A DNA stretch of 64,000 bases from Xanthobacteraceae bacterium (GTDB taxonomy: Bacteria > Pseudomonadota > Alphaproteobacteria > Rhizobiales > Xanthobacteraceae), in the NCBI GenBank assembly GCA_050179645.1, contig JBFXEX010000002.1, forward strand, positions 5,638 through 69,637. The letters run 5' to 3'. This document shows, one piece after another, positions 21,114 to 30,008 of this stretch (the first letter of the stretch is position 1; every line of letters starts with the position of its first letter). Position numbers and translations under genes: made by a program. Under the pieces are notes generated by a model, which was given only the letters and a program-made list of their open reading frames with translations, did not search any database and was not told where the DNA came from.

Positions 21114-22685
21114 ATGCCTGATACCGCGAAGAAGCCGAATATTATCCTAATTCTCTCTGACGATTTCGGCTATGGCGACGCCGGCGTCTATGGCGGCGGC
21201 GAAAATCGCGGCATGCCGACACCGAATCTTGATCGGATGGCCGCCGAAGGAATGCAATTCCTTTCTTTTTACGGGCAGCCAAGCTGCACGCCCGGGCGAG
21301 CCGCGATGCTGACCGGGCGAATTCCAAACCGCAGCGGCATGACCACGGTGGCCTTCCAGGGTCAGGGTGGTGGCCTGCCCGCCGCAGAATGGACGCTCGC
21401 CTCCGTGCTCAAGACCGCGGGCTACAACACTTTCTTCAGCGGCAAGTGGCATCTCGGCGAATCTGACTACGCGCTGCCAAACGCACACGGCTTCGACGAG
21501 ATGAGGTATGTCGGCCTCTACCATCTCAACGCCTATACCTATGCGGATCCGACCTGGTTCCCCGATATGGATCCCGAACTGAGGACCATGTTCGAACGCG
21601 TCACCAAAGGCGCCTTGTCCGGCAAGGCCGGCGAGCCCGCGAAGGAGGACTTCAAGGTCAACGGGCAATACGTCAACACGCCCGACAAGGGTGTGGTTGG
21701 CATCCCGTATTTCGACGAATACGTCGAAAGAGCCTCTCTCGACTATCTGGACCGGAATGGGAAGTCGGGACAGCCGTTTTTCATGACCATCAGCTTCATG
21801 AAGGTCCACCAGCCGAACCTGCCGCACCCTGACTTCGAGGGCAAATCGCTCTCGAAGAGCAAGTATGGCGATTCGATTGTCGAGAACGACGCGCGGATCG
21901 GCCGGGTCATGGACAAGCTTCGCGCGCTCGGCCTCGACAAGAACACCTACGTGTTCTGGACCACGGACAACGGCGCCTGGCAGGACGTCTATCCCGACGC
22001 CGGCTACACGCCATATCGCGGCACCAAGGGAACCTGCCGCGAAGGCGGCAATCGCGTTCCCGCCCTGGCCTGGGGTCCGGGGATCAAACCGGGCTCGCGA
22101 AACTCCGACATCGTCGGCGGCCTCGACTACATGGCGACCTTTGCCTCGCTCGCGAGCACGAAGTTGCCCGAGAAAGATCGCGAAGGCGAACCCATCGTCT
22201 TCGACAGCTACGACATGTCGCCGGTTCTGTTCGGCAATGGCAAATCGGAGCGCAAGAGCTGGTTCTACTTCACCGAGAACGAACTGACGCCCGGGGCCGC
22301 GCGGGTCGGTAACTACAAGGCCGTATTCAACCTGCGCGGCGACGACGGCGCACACACGGGCGGTCTTGCCGTCGACTCCAACCTCGGCTGGAAGGGCCCG
22401 AACTCCTACGTCGCAACCGTCCCGCAGGTATTCGACCTCTGGCAGGATCCGCAGGAGCGCTACGACATCTTCATGAACAACTACCCGGAGCGCACTTGGA
22501 CGCTGGTCACGATCAATGCGGCGATCAAGGAACTGATGCAATCCTATCTGAAGCATCCACCGCGGGAGCTACAGAGTGAAGGATACTCGGGACCGATCAG
22601 CATCACGCAATTTCAGCGGTTCCAGAGCCTCCGAGAGCAGCTTGCAAAAGAAGGCTTCAATATTGGATTGCCGACCGGCAACTGA
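21114..22685 (+). CDS. arylsulfatase (Cys-type, no signal peptide)
   Basis: AGGAGG lies 5-10 nt upstream of the ATG at 21114. N-terminus KPNIILILSDDFGYGD. FGly motif SCTPGRAAMLTGR (C-x-P-x-R). Sulfatase core GKWHLG. No hydrophobic leader. Confidence 0.92.
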   Translation: MPDTAKKPNIILILSDDFGYGDAGVYGGGENRGMPTPNLDRMAAEGMQFLSFYGQPSCTPGRAAMLTGRIPNRSGMTTVAFQGQGGGLPAAEWTLASVLKTAGYNTFFSGKWHLGESDYALPNAHGFDEMRYVGLYHLNAYTYADPTWFPDMDPELRTMFERVTKGALSGKAGEPAKEDFKVNGQYVNTPDKGVVGIPYFDEYVERASLDYLDRNGKSGQPFFMTISFMKVHQPNLPHPDFEGKSLSKSKYGDSIVENDARIGRVMDKLRALGLDKNTYVFWTTDNGAWQDVYPDAGYTPYRGTKGTCREGGNRVPALAWGPGIKPGSRNSDIVGGLDYMATFASLASTKLPEKDREGEPIVFDSYDMSPVLFGNGKSERKSWFYFTENELTPGAARVGNYKAVFNLRGDDGAHTGGLAVDSNLGWKGPNSYVATVPQVFDLWQDPQERYDIFMNNYPERTWTLVTINAAIKELMQSYLKHPPRELQSEGYSGPISITQFQRFQSLREQLAKEGFNIGLPTGN

Positions 22686-22778
22686 TCGGCTCAAGATGGC
22701 GCGACTCAGTCGCCCGAATGACGCGGTACGCTCCAATTCGGCGTGCCGTGCGACAACCGTCAGCAAAGGAAACATCGC

Positions 22779-24320
22779 ATGGCGAAACCCGACAAACCGA
22801 ACATCCTCGTCATCTGGGGAGACGATATCGGCATCTCGAACCTGAGCTGCTATTCGCACGGCCTGATGGGCTACAAGACGCCGAACATCGATCGCCTCGC
22901 CAAGGAAGGGATGATGTTCATCGATTCCTACGGCGAGCAGTCTTGCACCGCCGGCCGGTCGTCGTTCATCACCGGCCAGAGCGTGCTGCGTACCGGTCTC
23001 TCCAAGGTCGGGATGCCGGCCGCACCGATTGGCATGAACGAGAAGATCATCACCATCGCGGCGGCGCTGAAGAACCAGGGCTACGCCACCGGGCAGTTCG
23101 GCAAGAACCACCTCGGCGATCTTAACCACATGCTGCCGACCAACCACGGCTTCGACGAATTCTACGGCAACCTCTATCACCTCAACGCCGAAGAAGAGCC
23201 GGAGATGTACGACTATCCGCCGGAGAAAGACTTTCCGAACTTCCGCAAGATGTTCGGACCGCGCGGCGTGATCCACTCCTGGGCGACCGATAAGGACGAT
23301 CCCACCGACGAGCCACGCTGGGGCAAGGTCGGCAAGCAGAAAGTCGAGGATACCGGCCCGCTCACTCGCAAGCGCATGGAGACCTGCGACGACGATTTCG
23401 TCGCGCACGCCAAGCGATTCATGAAAGAGCAGAACGACGCCGGCAAGCCGTTCTTCGTGTGGCTCAACACCACCCACATGCATTTTATAACGCATACGAA
23501 GAAGGAAAGTCTCGGCCAGGCCGGCCGCTGGCAGTCACCCTATCACGACACCATGATCGACCACGACAAGAACGTCGGCGACGTGCTCGACTTTCTCGAC
23601 GAAATGGGCCTGACCGACAATACCTTCGTAATGTATTCGACCGACAACGGCCCGCACCGGAACAGTTGGCCGGACGGCGGCATGACGCCGTTCCGCAGCG
23701 AAAAGAACACCAACTGGGAAGGCGCGTTCCGCGTTCCGATGCTCGTGCGCTGGCCGGGCAAGATCGCCGCCGGCGCGGTGTCGACCGAAATCGTCCAGCA
23801 CCACGACTGGTTCCCGACCTTCCTCGCCATGGCCGGCGATCCGGACGTGGTCGATAAGCTCAAGAAAGGCTACCAGGCGATCGGACGCACCTACAAGAAC
23901 CACATCGACGGCTACAACTTGCTGCCTTACCTGACCGGCCAGGAGAAGGAGAGCCCCCGCAAGCTGTTCGTCTATATCAGCGACGACGGCGACATCCTCG
24001 CGTTGCGCTACGACCACTGGAAGGTCGTGTTTATGGAGCAGCGCTGCAAAGGCACCCTTGAGGTCTGGGCCGAGCCGTTCACCCGGCTGAGAATACCCAA
24101 GCTCTACAATCTAAGGACCGATCCGTATGAGTTCGCGGACATCACGTCGAATACTTACTGGGAGTGGTTCATCGAGCACGACTACATCATCTTCGCGATC
24201 AACTACATCTTCACCCAGTTTGCTGCGACGTTCAAAGAGTTTCCGCCAATTCAAAAACCCAACAGTTTCACGATCAGCGACGCGATCGGCAAAATGCAGG
24301 AAGCGCACGGCGGCGGCTAA
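22779..24320 (+). CDS. arylsulfatase (Cys-type, no signal peptide)
   Basis: Starts MAKPDKPNILVIWGDDIG. FGly motif SCTAGRSSFITGQ (C-x-A-x-R), plus GKNHLGD and STDNGP. Paralogous to the preceding gene. Confidence 0.92.
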   Translation: MAKPDKPNILVIWGDDIGISNLSCYSHGLMGYKTPNIDRLAKEGMMFIDSYGEQSCTAGRSSFITGQSVLRTGLSKVGMPAAPIGMNEKIITIAAALKNQGYATGQFGKNHLGDLNHMLPTNHGFDEFYGNLYHLNAEEEPEMYDYPPEKDFPNFRKMFGPRGVIHSWATDKDDPTDEPRWGKVGKQKVEDTGPLTRKRMETCDDDFVAHAKRFMKEQNDAGKPFFVWLNTTHMHFITHTKKESLGQAGRWQSPYHDTMIDHDKNVGDVLDFLDEMGLTDNTFVMYSTDNGPHRNSWPDGGMTPFRSEKNTNWEGAFRVPMLVRWPGKIAAGAVSTEIVQHHDWFPTFLAMAGDPDVVDKLKKGYQAIGRTYKNHIDGYNLLPYLTGQEKESPRKLFVYISDDGDILALRYDHWKVVFMEQRCKGTLEVWAEPFTRLRIPKLYNLRTDPYEFADITSNTYWEWFIEHDYIIFAINYIFTQFAATFKEFPPIQKPNSFTISDAIGKMQEAHGGG

Positions 24321-24330
24321 AGCATATTCT

Positions 24331-24353
24331 GGGCGGCGGGGTACCCGCCGCCC
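24331..24353 (+). terminator. GC-rich hairpin after the second sulfatase gene (possible terminator or attenuator)
   Basis: GGGCGGCGGG / CCCGCCGCCC perfect 10-bp arms, 11 nt after the stop codon. No U-tract, so its function is uncertain. Confidence 0.3.
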
Positions 24354-24398
24354 GCTCTCGCAGAATCGCGACCTTCCAAATTCGGATAGGATCACGCG

Positions 24399-24758
24399 AT
24401 GAAAGAATGGCTTGTTTTCGCCGCAGAGCAGTCTGTCATCGTTATCGATGCGATGGCCTTGATCATCGTTTTTGTCGGCACGGTCGAGGCCTTCATCTCC
24501 GGCCTGCGCGTGATGTTTTCCTCACCATCCGGACACGAGCGGCGTGACGTGTGGCTCCGCCATGCACGTTGGCTAATTGCCGGACTGACGTTCTTGCTTG
24601 CCGCCGACATCATCGAAACCGCGATTACACCAGACTGGGAAGACATCGGCCGCATTGCGGCGATCGCCGCAATCCGGACGGCATTGAATTGCTTTCTGGA
24701 ACGTGACTTGGACGAAGTTCGGGAACGGCAGCGCCAACCTGCCGAGACTCGCGCTTAG
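24399..24758 (+). CDS. DUF1622-like membrane protein
   Basis: 119 aa. The pattern VIDAMALIIVFVGTVEAF...LLAADIIETAI matches my recollection of DUF1622. Confidence 0.6.
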   Translation: MKEWLVFAAEQSVIVIDAMALIIVFVGTVEAFISGLRVMFSSPSGHERRDVWLRHARWLIAGLTFLLAADIIETAITPDWEDIGRIAAIAAIRTALNCFLERDLDEVRERQRQPAETRA

Positions 24759-24829
24759 CGGGGCTTGCAACTTCCTCCTGGCGCCCTCGGACGGACCAAG
24801 ATCGTCGGCTACAACGAACGGGAGGTGAC

Positions 24830-25075
24830 ATGTCGGCGCTGGATATCTTCGCCTGGATCGTTCTGATCGTCGTCGTCGTCAGCACCGTGGCGGTCGCGCT
24901 GTTCCTGGCGGCCCTCCCTGGTTCTATCGCCAGGAGCCGCAATCATCCGTGGGCCCAGGCCGTCACCGTAGGCGGATGGGTGACGTTTTTCCTTGGCTTC
25001 GTTCTCTGGCCGGTCGTCCTGATCTGGGCCTACGTGGACGTTCCGCCGCCGCAGAAGCGCGAGGCGGCGCCATGA
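24830..25075 (+). CDS. DUF3302-like small membrane protein (YibI/YiaW-like)
   Basis: 81 aa with two TM helices and PGSIARSRNHPWAQAV between them. Its stop overlaps the start of the HlyD-family gene (ATGA), the arrangement seen for yibI-yibH type pairs. Confidence 0.65.
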   Translation: MSALDIFAWIVLIVVVVSTVAVALFLAALPGSIARSRNHPWAQAVTVGGWVTFFLGFVLWPVVLIWAYVDVPPPQKREAAP

Positions 25076-26013
25076 TCGTCTTCCTGATCATGGTCTACCT
25101 CGCCATCCTCTTCACCCTGGCGAAGCTGAAAATCATCCAGTTCAACCTGTTCTGGAAAATCTCCCCCGCCATTGTCTTCGTTCTGCTGCTCGTGGGCCTG
25201 TTCATCCCGATGGGTTGGGGGGCGCCGAGCGGACCGGTGCTGGTCATTCGCCAATCGGTACCGATCGTTCCCGATGTGTCCGGCGAGGTGATCGACGTCC
25301 CGGTGCAGGCCAATGTGCCACTCAAGGCAAACGACGTCCTGTTCCGGATCGACCCGGTGCCGTTCGAGGCAAAGGTCAAGGCCATCGAGGCGCAACTCAA
25401 GTTCCAGGAGTTGCGTCTATCCCAGATGACCCAACTGCAGGAGCGCGGCACCGGGCGCACGTTCGATGTCGAGGAGCGGCAGGCCGAGGTCGATCGCCTG
25501 CGCGCGCAGCTTCAAGGCGCAAAGTGGGATCTCGACAAGACGGTGGTGCGAGCCCCCACCGACGGTTACGTGACCAACCTCGCGTTGCGCAAGGGCGCGC
25601 GCGTCGCGTCGCTGCCGCTCTCGCCGGTGATGGCGTTCATCGATACCGCGGACACCCGCGCGGGCGTCGAAATCTCACAGATCAGCGTGCGTTACGTGGA
25701 ACCGGGGCAGTCGGTGGAGCTCACATTCAAGTTTGCGCCGGGCCAAATCCACACCGGAAAGGTCTTGGCGGTGCTGCAAGCCATCTCGACCGGCCAGGTA
25801 CAGGCTTCGGGACTGGCCATAACGCCGAAGGAGCTGGAGGCCGCGCCGTTCGTTGTCCGGGTCGAATTTGACGACAAAGACTTCGCCCAGCGTCTGCCGG
25901 CAGGAAGCGTCGGCACCGCCGCAATCTTCACCGATCACGTCAAGCCCGCGCACATGATCCGCAAGGTCTTGTTGCGGCAGATCGCGATCCTGAATTACAT
26001 CAATCCGTTCTGA
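25072..26013 (+). CDS. HlyD-family membrane fusion protein (YibH-like)
   Basis: Start MIVFLIMVYL, with an N-terminal TM segment, a lipoyl-like hairpin (VSGEVIDVPVQANVPLKANDVLFRIDP ... VVRAPTDGYVTNL) and a coiled coil in between. Confidence 0.85.
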   Translation: MIVFLIMVYLAILFTLAKLKIIQFNLFWKISPAIVFVLLLVGLFIPMGWGAPSGPVLVIRQSVPIVPDVSGEVIDVPVQANVPLKANDVLFRIDPVPFEAKVKAIEAQLKFQELRLSQMTQLQERGTGRTFDVEERQAEVDRLRAQLQGAKWDLDKTVVRAPTDGYVTNLALRKGARVASLPLSPVMAFIDTADTRAGVEISQISVRYVEPGQSVELTFKFAPGQIHTGKVLAVLQAISTGQVQASGLAITPKELEAAPFVVRVEFDDKDFAQRLPAGSVGTAAIFTDHVKPAHMIRKVLLRQIAILNYINPF

Positions 26014-26057
26014 GGCCGCCCCTTGATGTACGCCGGACACGGCAAGGCGCACGTTCG

Positions 26058-26453
26058 ATGACAAGACTGTTGTTGATCGTGACTGCGGTGTTCGAGGCGG
26101 TAACCGGATTGCTGCTGATGTTTTGGCCGGCCGGGGCGCTGAAGCTGTTGTTCGGACCGGCCACCGCCGCACCCCTCGGACCGGGTGGCGCGCGCGTCGC
26201 AGGCATCGCGCTGCTCGCTCTCGGTATCGCCTGCTGGTTCGCCCGCGAACGTGGGTTGACACCGGCCGGAAGGCGAATGCGCGCGATCATGCTGACGTAT
26301 AACGTGGCCGTGGCCGCCTTGCTGGTGGTGGCGGGCGTCCACTACGCGCCTGTCGGCATTGCCCTGTGGCCGGCCGTCTTCGCGCATTGCGTGCTGGCGG
26401 TCTGGTGCGTGGCGTCGCTCAGGCGGGGCGCACCGGAGCCACCGGCCGGCTAA
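26058..26453 (+). CDS. hypothetical membrane protein
   Basis: 131 aa with four hydrophobic helices. Last gene of the co-directional block. Confidence 0.45.
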   Translation: MTRLLLIVTAVFEAVTGLLLMFWPAGALKLLFGPATAAPLGPGGARVAGIALLALGIACWFARERGLTPAGRRMRAIMLTYNVAVAALLVVAGVHYAPVGIALWPAVFAHCVLAVWCVASLRRGAPEPPAG

Positions 26454-26472
26454 CTCATGAGGCGACCGTATG

Positions 26473-26952
26473 CTACTTTCTTGTAGCGGTCTTGCCTTCC
26501 TCCTCCCCCGACAACTCGTCGAGCAACGTTTCGAAGTCCTTGGCCTCGCGGAAGTTGCGATAGACCGAGGCGAAGCGCACATAGGCGACGTCATCCAGCG
26601 ACCGCAGCGCCTCCATCACCAGTTCGCCGATAGCCTCTGAAGAAATTTCGGCCTCGCCCTGGCTTTCGAGTTCGCGCACGATCTTGGACACCGCCTGTTC
26701 GATCCGCTCCGGCTCGACCGGACGCTTGCGCAGCGCAATCTGGACCGAGCGCAGGAGCTTGTCGCGGTCGAACGGCACGCGCCGGCCGTTGCGTTTGATC
26801 ACCGTCAGTTCGCGCAGCTGCACGCGCTCGAAGGTGGTGAAGCGGAAATTGCACGCGAGGCACACCCGCCGGCGCCGGATGACGGAGCTGTCCTCCGTCG
26901 GCCGGGAATCCTTCACCTGGGTATCGAGGCTGGCGCAATTCGGACAGCGCAT
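26473..26952 (-). CDS. nrdR: transcriptional repressor NrdR
   Basis: [17 protein letters not shown]...[16 protein letters not shown] zinc ribbon plus an ATP-cone. 159 aa. Confidence 0.96.
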   Translation of the reverse strand: MRCPNCASLDTQVKDSRPTEDSSVIRRRRVCLACNFRFTTFERVQLRELTVIKRNGRRVPFDRDKLLRSVQIALRKRPVEPERIEQAVSKIVRELESQGEAEISSEAIGELVMEALRSLDDVAYVRFASVYRNFREAKDFETLLDELSGEEEGKTATRK

Positions 26953-26984
26953 CTCGCCCTCTCAGCGGTGGCGCTGCATATCGA

Positions 26985-28301
26985 TCACCCCTGATAGATC
27001 GGGAAGCGGCCGACCAGCTTCTTCACCTTCTCGCGCACCGCGGCTTCGACGAGCGAGTCCTCTTCGACGCCTTTCTGCGACAGCACATCCAGCACTTCCG
27101 CGATCAGTTCCCCGACTTCCTGGAATTCGGCGATGCCGAAGCCGCGGGTCGTGCCGGCCGGCGTACCAAGCCGGACGCCCGAGGTGATGGCGGGCTTCTG
27201 CGGGTCGAACGGGATGCCGTTCTTGTTGCAGGTGATGTGGGCGCGGCCGAGCGCCAGTTCGGCGACCTTGCCGGTGAGGTTCTTCGGCCGCAGGTCGACC
27301 AGCATCAGGTGGGTGTCGGTGCCGCCGGAAACGATGTCGAAGCCCTTGGATTTCAGCGTCTCGGCGAGCGCCTTGGCATTGGCGACGACGTTCTTCGCAT
27401 AAATCTTGAACGAGGGCCGCAGCGCCTCGCCGAACGCCACCGCCTTGGCGGCGATCACGTGCATCAGCGGACCGCCCTGGAGGCCCGGGAACACCGCCGA
27501 ATTGATTCTCTTCGCCAGTTCGTCGTCGTTCGTCAGGATGAAGCCCGAGCGGGGGCCGCGCAGCGTCTTGTGCGCCGTCGAGGTGACCACATGCGCGTGC
27601 GGGAATGGCGACGGGTGCGCGCCGCCGGCAACCAGCCCGGCGAAATGCGCCATGTCGACCATCAAGTACGCGCCGACCTTGTCGGCGATCTCCCGGAATC
27701 GCCGGAAATCCAGGATCCGCGGATAGGCGGAGCCGCCGGCGACGATCACCTTCGGCTTATGCTCGCGGGCCAATTTCGCCACTTCGTCCATGTCGATGCG
27801 GTGGTCGTCGCGGTTGACGCCATAGGGCACCGGCTTGAACCAGCGGCCGGACATGTTGACCGGCGAGCCGTGGGTCAGATGGCCGCCGGCGGCGAGATTG
27901 AGCCCCATGAAAACATCGCCCGGCTGCATCAGCGCCATGAACGCGGCGACGTTGGCGGAGGCGCCGGAGTGCGGCTGGACGTTTGCGAATTTGCATCCGA
28001 AAAGCCTGGTAACCCTCTCAATCGCCAGGTTTTCCGCCACGTCCACCCACTGACAGCCGCCGTAATAGCGCCGCCCCGGCAGGCCCTCGGCATACTTGTT
28101 GGTCAGGCACGAGCCCTGCGCCTCCAGCACCGCCCTGCTGACGATATTCTCCGACGCGATCAGCTCGATTTCATCGCGCTGACGCCCGAGTTCCTTGGCG
28201 ATCGCATCGGCGACTTCGGGGTCGGTTTCGGCGAGCGATGCGGAAAACAGGCTGGCCGCGGGCGCCGCGGCGGCGGACGACGTCTGGGTCATGCAATTCA
28301 C
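26985..28301 (-). CDS. glyA: serine hydroxymethyltransferase
   Basis: 438 aa with [10 protein letters not shown] and the PLP-lysine context [16 protein letters not shown]. Conserved glyA-nrdR pairing. Alternative start at 28292. Confidence 0.96.
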   Translation of the reverse strand: MNCMTQTSSAAAAPAASLFSASLAETDPEVADAIAKELGRQRDEIELIASENIVSRAVLEAQGSCLTNKYAEGLPGRRYYGGCQWVDVAENLAIERVTRLFGCKFANVQPHSGASANVAAFMALMQPGDVFMGLNLAAGGHLTHGSPVNMSGRWFKPVPYGVNRDDHRIDMDEVAKLAREHKPKVIVAGGSAYPRILDFRRFREIADKVGAYLMVDMAHFAGLVAGGAHPSPFPHAHVVTSTAHKTLRGPRSGFILTNDDELAKRINSAVFPGLQGGPLMHVIAAKAVAFGEALRPSFKIYAKNVVANAKALAETLKSKGFDIVSGGTDTHLMLVDLRPKNLTGKVAELALGRAHITCNKNGIPFDPQKPAITSGVRLGTPAGTTRGFGIAEFQEVGELIAEVLDVLSQKGVEEDSLVEAAVREKVKKLVGRFPIYQG

Positions 28302-28558
28302 ACGGGGGTCGAAGGGTCACGGGAGTTCGGCCGGGCGATAGCATACTTGGGTCCGGACCGCCAAGGCGTGGACCGGTGGACATGAACGGATCGGCCGCTT
28401 TTCCCGCTTGTTAGGCGTTCTTAGCGTCCTGTGCGGCGCTTCTTCGCGTCCTTTCCCGCCCTTCCCGGCCTCTTCCCGGACGCTTCTGTGCCCGCAGAAA
28501 AACGCGCACCACTTCCCGCCGCTGGACAGCATCGCGGCCGCTCTGCCAGTCTCATTTC

Positions 28559-29965
28559 ATGACCAAAACCACATTCGACGTCCGCGCAATCCTCGCCGGC
28601 GAGGCGCCCGCCGACACCCCCGTCACCGTCAAGGGCTGGGTGCGCACCCGGCGCGACTCCAAGGCCGGAATCTCGTTCGTCCATCTCTCGGACGGCTCGT
28701 GCTTCCATCCGGTGCAGGTGGTGGCGCCCAACACGCTGCCGAACTACACCGACGAAATCCTCAAGCTCACCGCGGGCTGCGCCATCGCGGCGACCGGCAC
28801 CATCGTGCCCTCGCCCGCCAAAGGCCAGCCGTTCGAGATGCAGGCCACGAGCATCGAGGTAATCGGCTGGGTCGACGACCCCGACACCTATCCGATCTCG
28901 CCCAAGCACCACACCATGGAATATCTGCGCGAGGTCGCGCACCTGCGACCGCGCACCAACGTCATCGGTGCGGCGACGCGCGTGCGCCACACGCTGGCGA
29001 AGGCGATCCACCGCTACTTCGACGACAACGGATTCCTCTGGGTCAACACCCCGATCATCACCTCGTCGGACGCCGAGGGCGCGGGCGCCCTCTTTCGCGT
29101 CTCGGCGCTCGACTTCGCCAACCTGCCGCGCACGCGCGACGGCAAGGTGGACTTCGCGCAAGACTTCTTCGGCCGCGAGTCGTTCCTCACGGTGTCGGGC
29201 CAGCTCAACGTCGAGGCCTACTGCCTCGCGCTCAGCAAGGTCTACACCTTCGGCCCGACTTTTCGTGCTGAGAATTCCAATACCAGCCGGCACCTCGCCG
29301 AGTTCTGGATGATCGAGCCGGAGATCGCGTTCGCCGATCTGTCCGACGACGCCACCTTGGCCGAGGGCCTGCTCAAGTCGGTGTTCGCGACGCTGCTCAA
29401 GGAGCGCGCCGAAGATCTCGCATTCTTCGACGAGCGGGTCGAGAAAGGCCTCGTCGCCAAGCTCGAAGGCATCGCCTCATCCGAGTTCGTGCGCATGGAC
29501 TACGGCGAGGCGATCAAGGTTTTGGAGAGCGCGAAGCAGAAATTCGAATTTCCGGTGAAGTGGGGCATCGACCTGCAATCCGAGCACGAGCGCTATCTCA
29601 CCGAGACGCACGCCAAGAAGCCCGTGATCGTGATGAACTACCCCAAGGACATCAAGGCTTTCTACATGCGCGTCAACGACGACGGCAAAACCGTCGCGGC
29701 GATGGACGTGCTGGCGCCGGGCATCGGCGAGATCATCGGCGGCAGTCAACGCGAGGAACGCCTCGATGTGCTCGACGCGCGCATGGACGAGCACCAGATC
29801 GACAAGGAGCACTACGGTTGGTACCGCGACCTGCGCCGCTACGGCACCGTGCCGCACGCGGGATTTGGCTTAGGCTTCGAGCGCACGCTCGCCTATGTGA
29901 CGGGACTGGCCAACGTGCGGGATGCGATTCCGTTTCCGCGGGTGCCGGGGAACGCGAGGTATTGA
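28559..29965 (+). CDS. asnS: asparagine--tRNA ligase
   Basis: 468 aa with an N-terminal OB fold ([26 protein letters not shown]), class II motifs ([21 protein letters not shown]) and motif 3 ([15 protein letters not shown]). Confidence 0.93.
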   Translation: MTKTTFDVRAILAGEAPADTPVTVKGWVRTRRDSKAGISFVHLSDGSCFHPVQVVAPNTLPNYTDEILKLTAGCAIAATGTIVPSPAKGQPFEMQATSIEVIGWVDDPDTYPISPKHHTMEYLREVAHLRPRTNVIGAATRVRHTLAKAIHRYFDDNGFLWVNTPIITSSDAEGAGALFRVSALDFANLPRTRDGKVDFAQDFFGRESFLTVSGQLNVEAYCLALSKVYTFGPTFRAENSNTSRHLAEFWMIEPEIAFADLSDDATLAEGLLKSVFATLLKERAEDLAFFDERVEKGLVAKLEGIASSEFVRMDYGEAIKVLESAKQKFEFPVKWGIDLQSEHERYLTETHAKKPVIVMNYPKDIKAFYMRVNDDGKTVAAMDVLAPGIGEIIGGSQREERLDVLDARMDEHQIDKEHYGWYRDLRRYGTVPHAGFGLGFERTLAYVTGLANVRDAIPFPRVPGNARY

Positions 29966-30008
29966 GAACGGCCTATCGGGCCTACTTCACTGGTTTGTGT
30001 GCAGTCAC

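Noticed and set aside
28302-28558. Possible ZTP (pfl) or other folate-related riboswitch in the glyA leader. A GACTGGCA...GGCGGGAAGTGGTGCGCG stretch on the minus strand caught my eye.
   Set aside because: The conserved ZTP sub-domains (GGGUCGUGACUGGCG...GGUGGA..CCACGGG and the downstream CCGCCUGGGC pseudoknot) are not present in order. It would need a covariance-model scan (Rfam pfl) to revisit.
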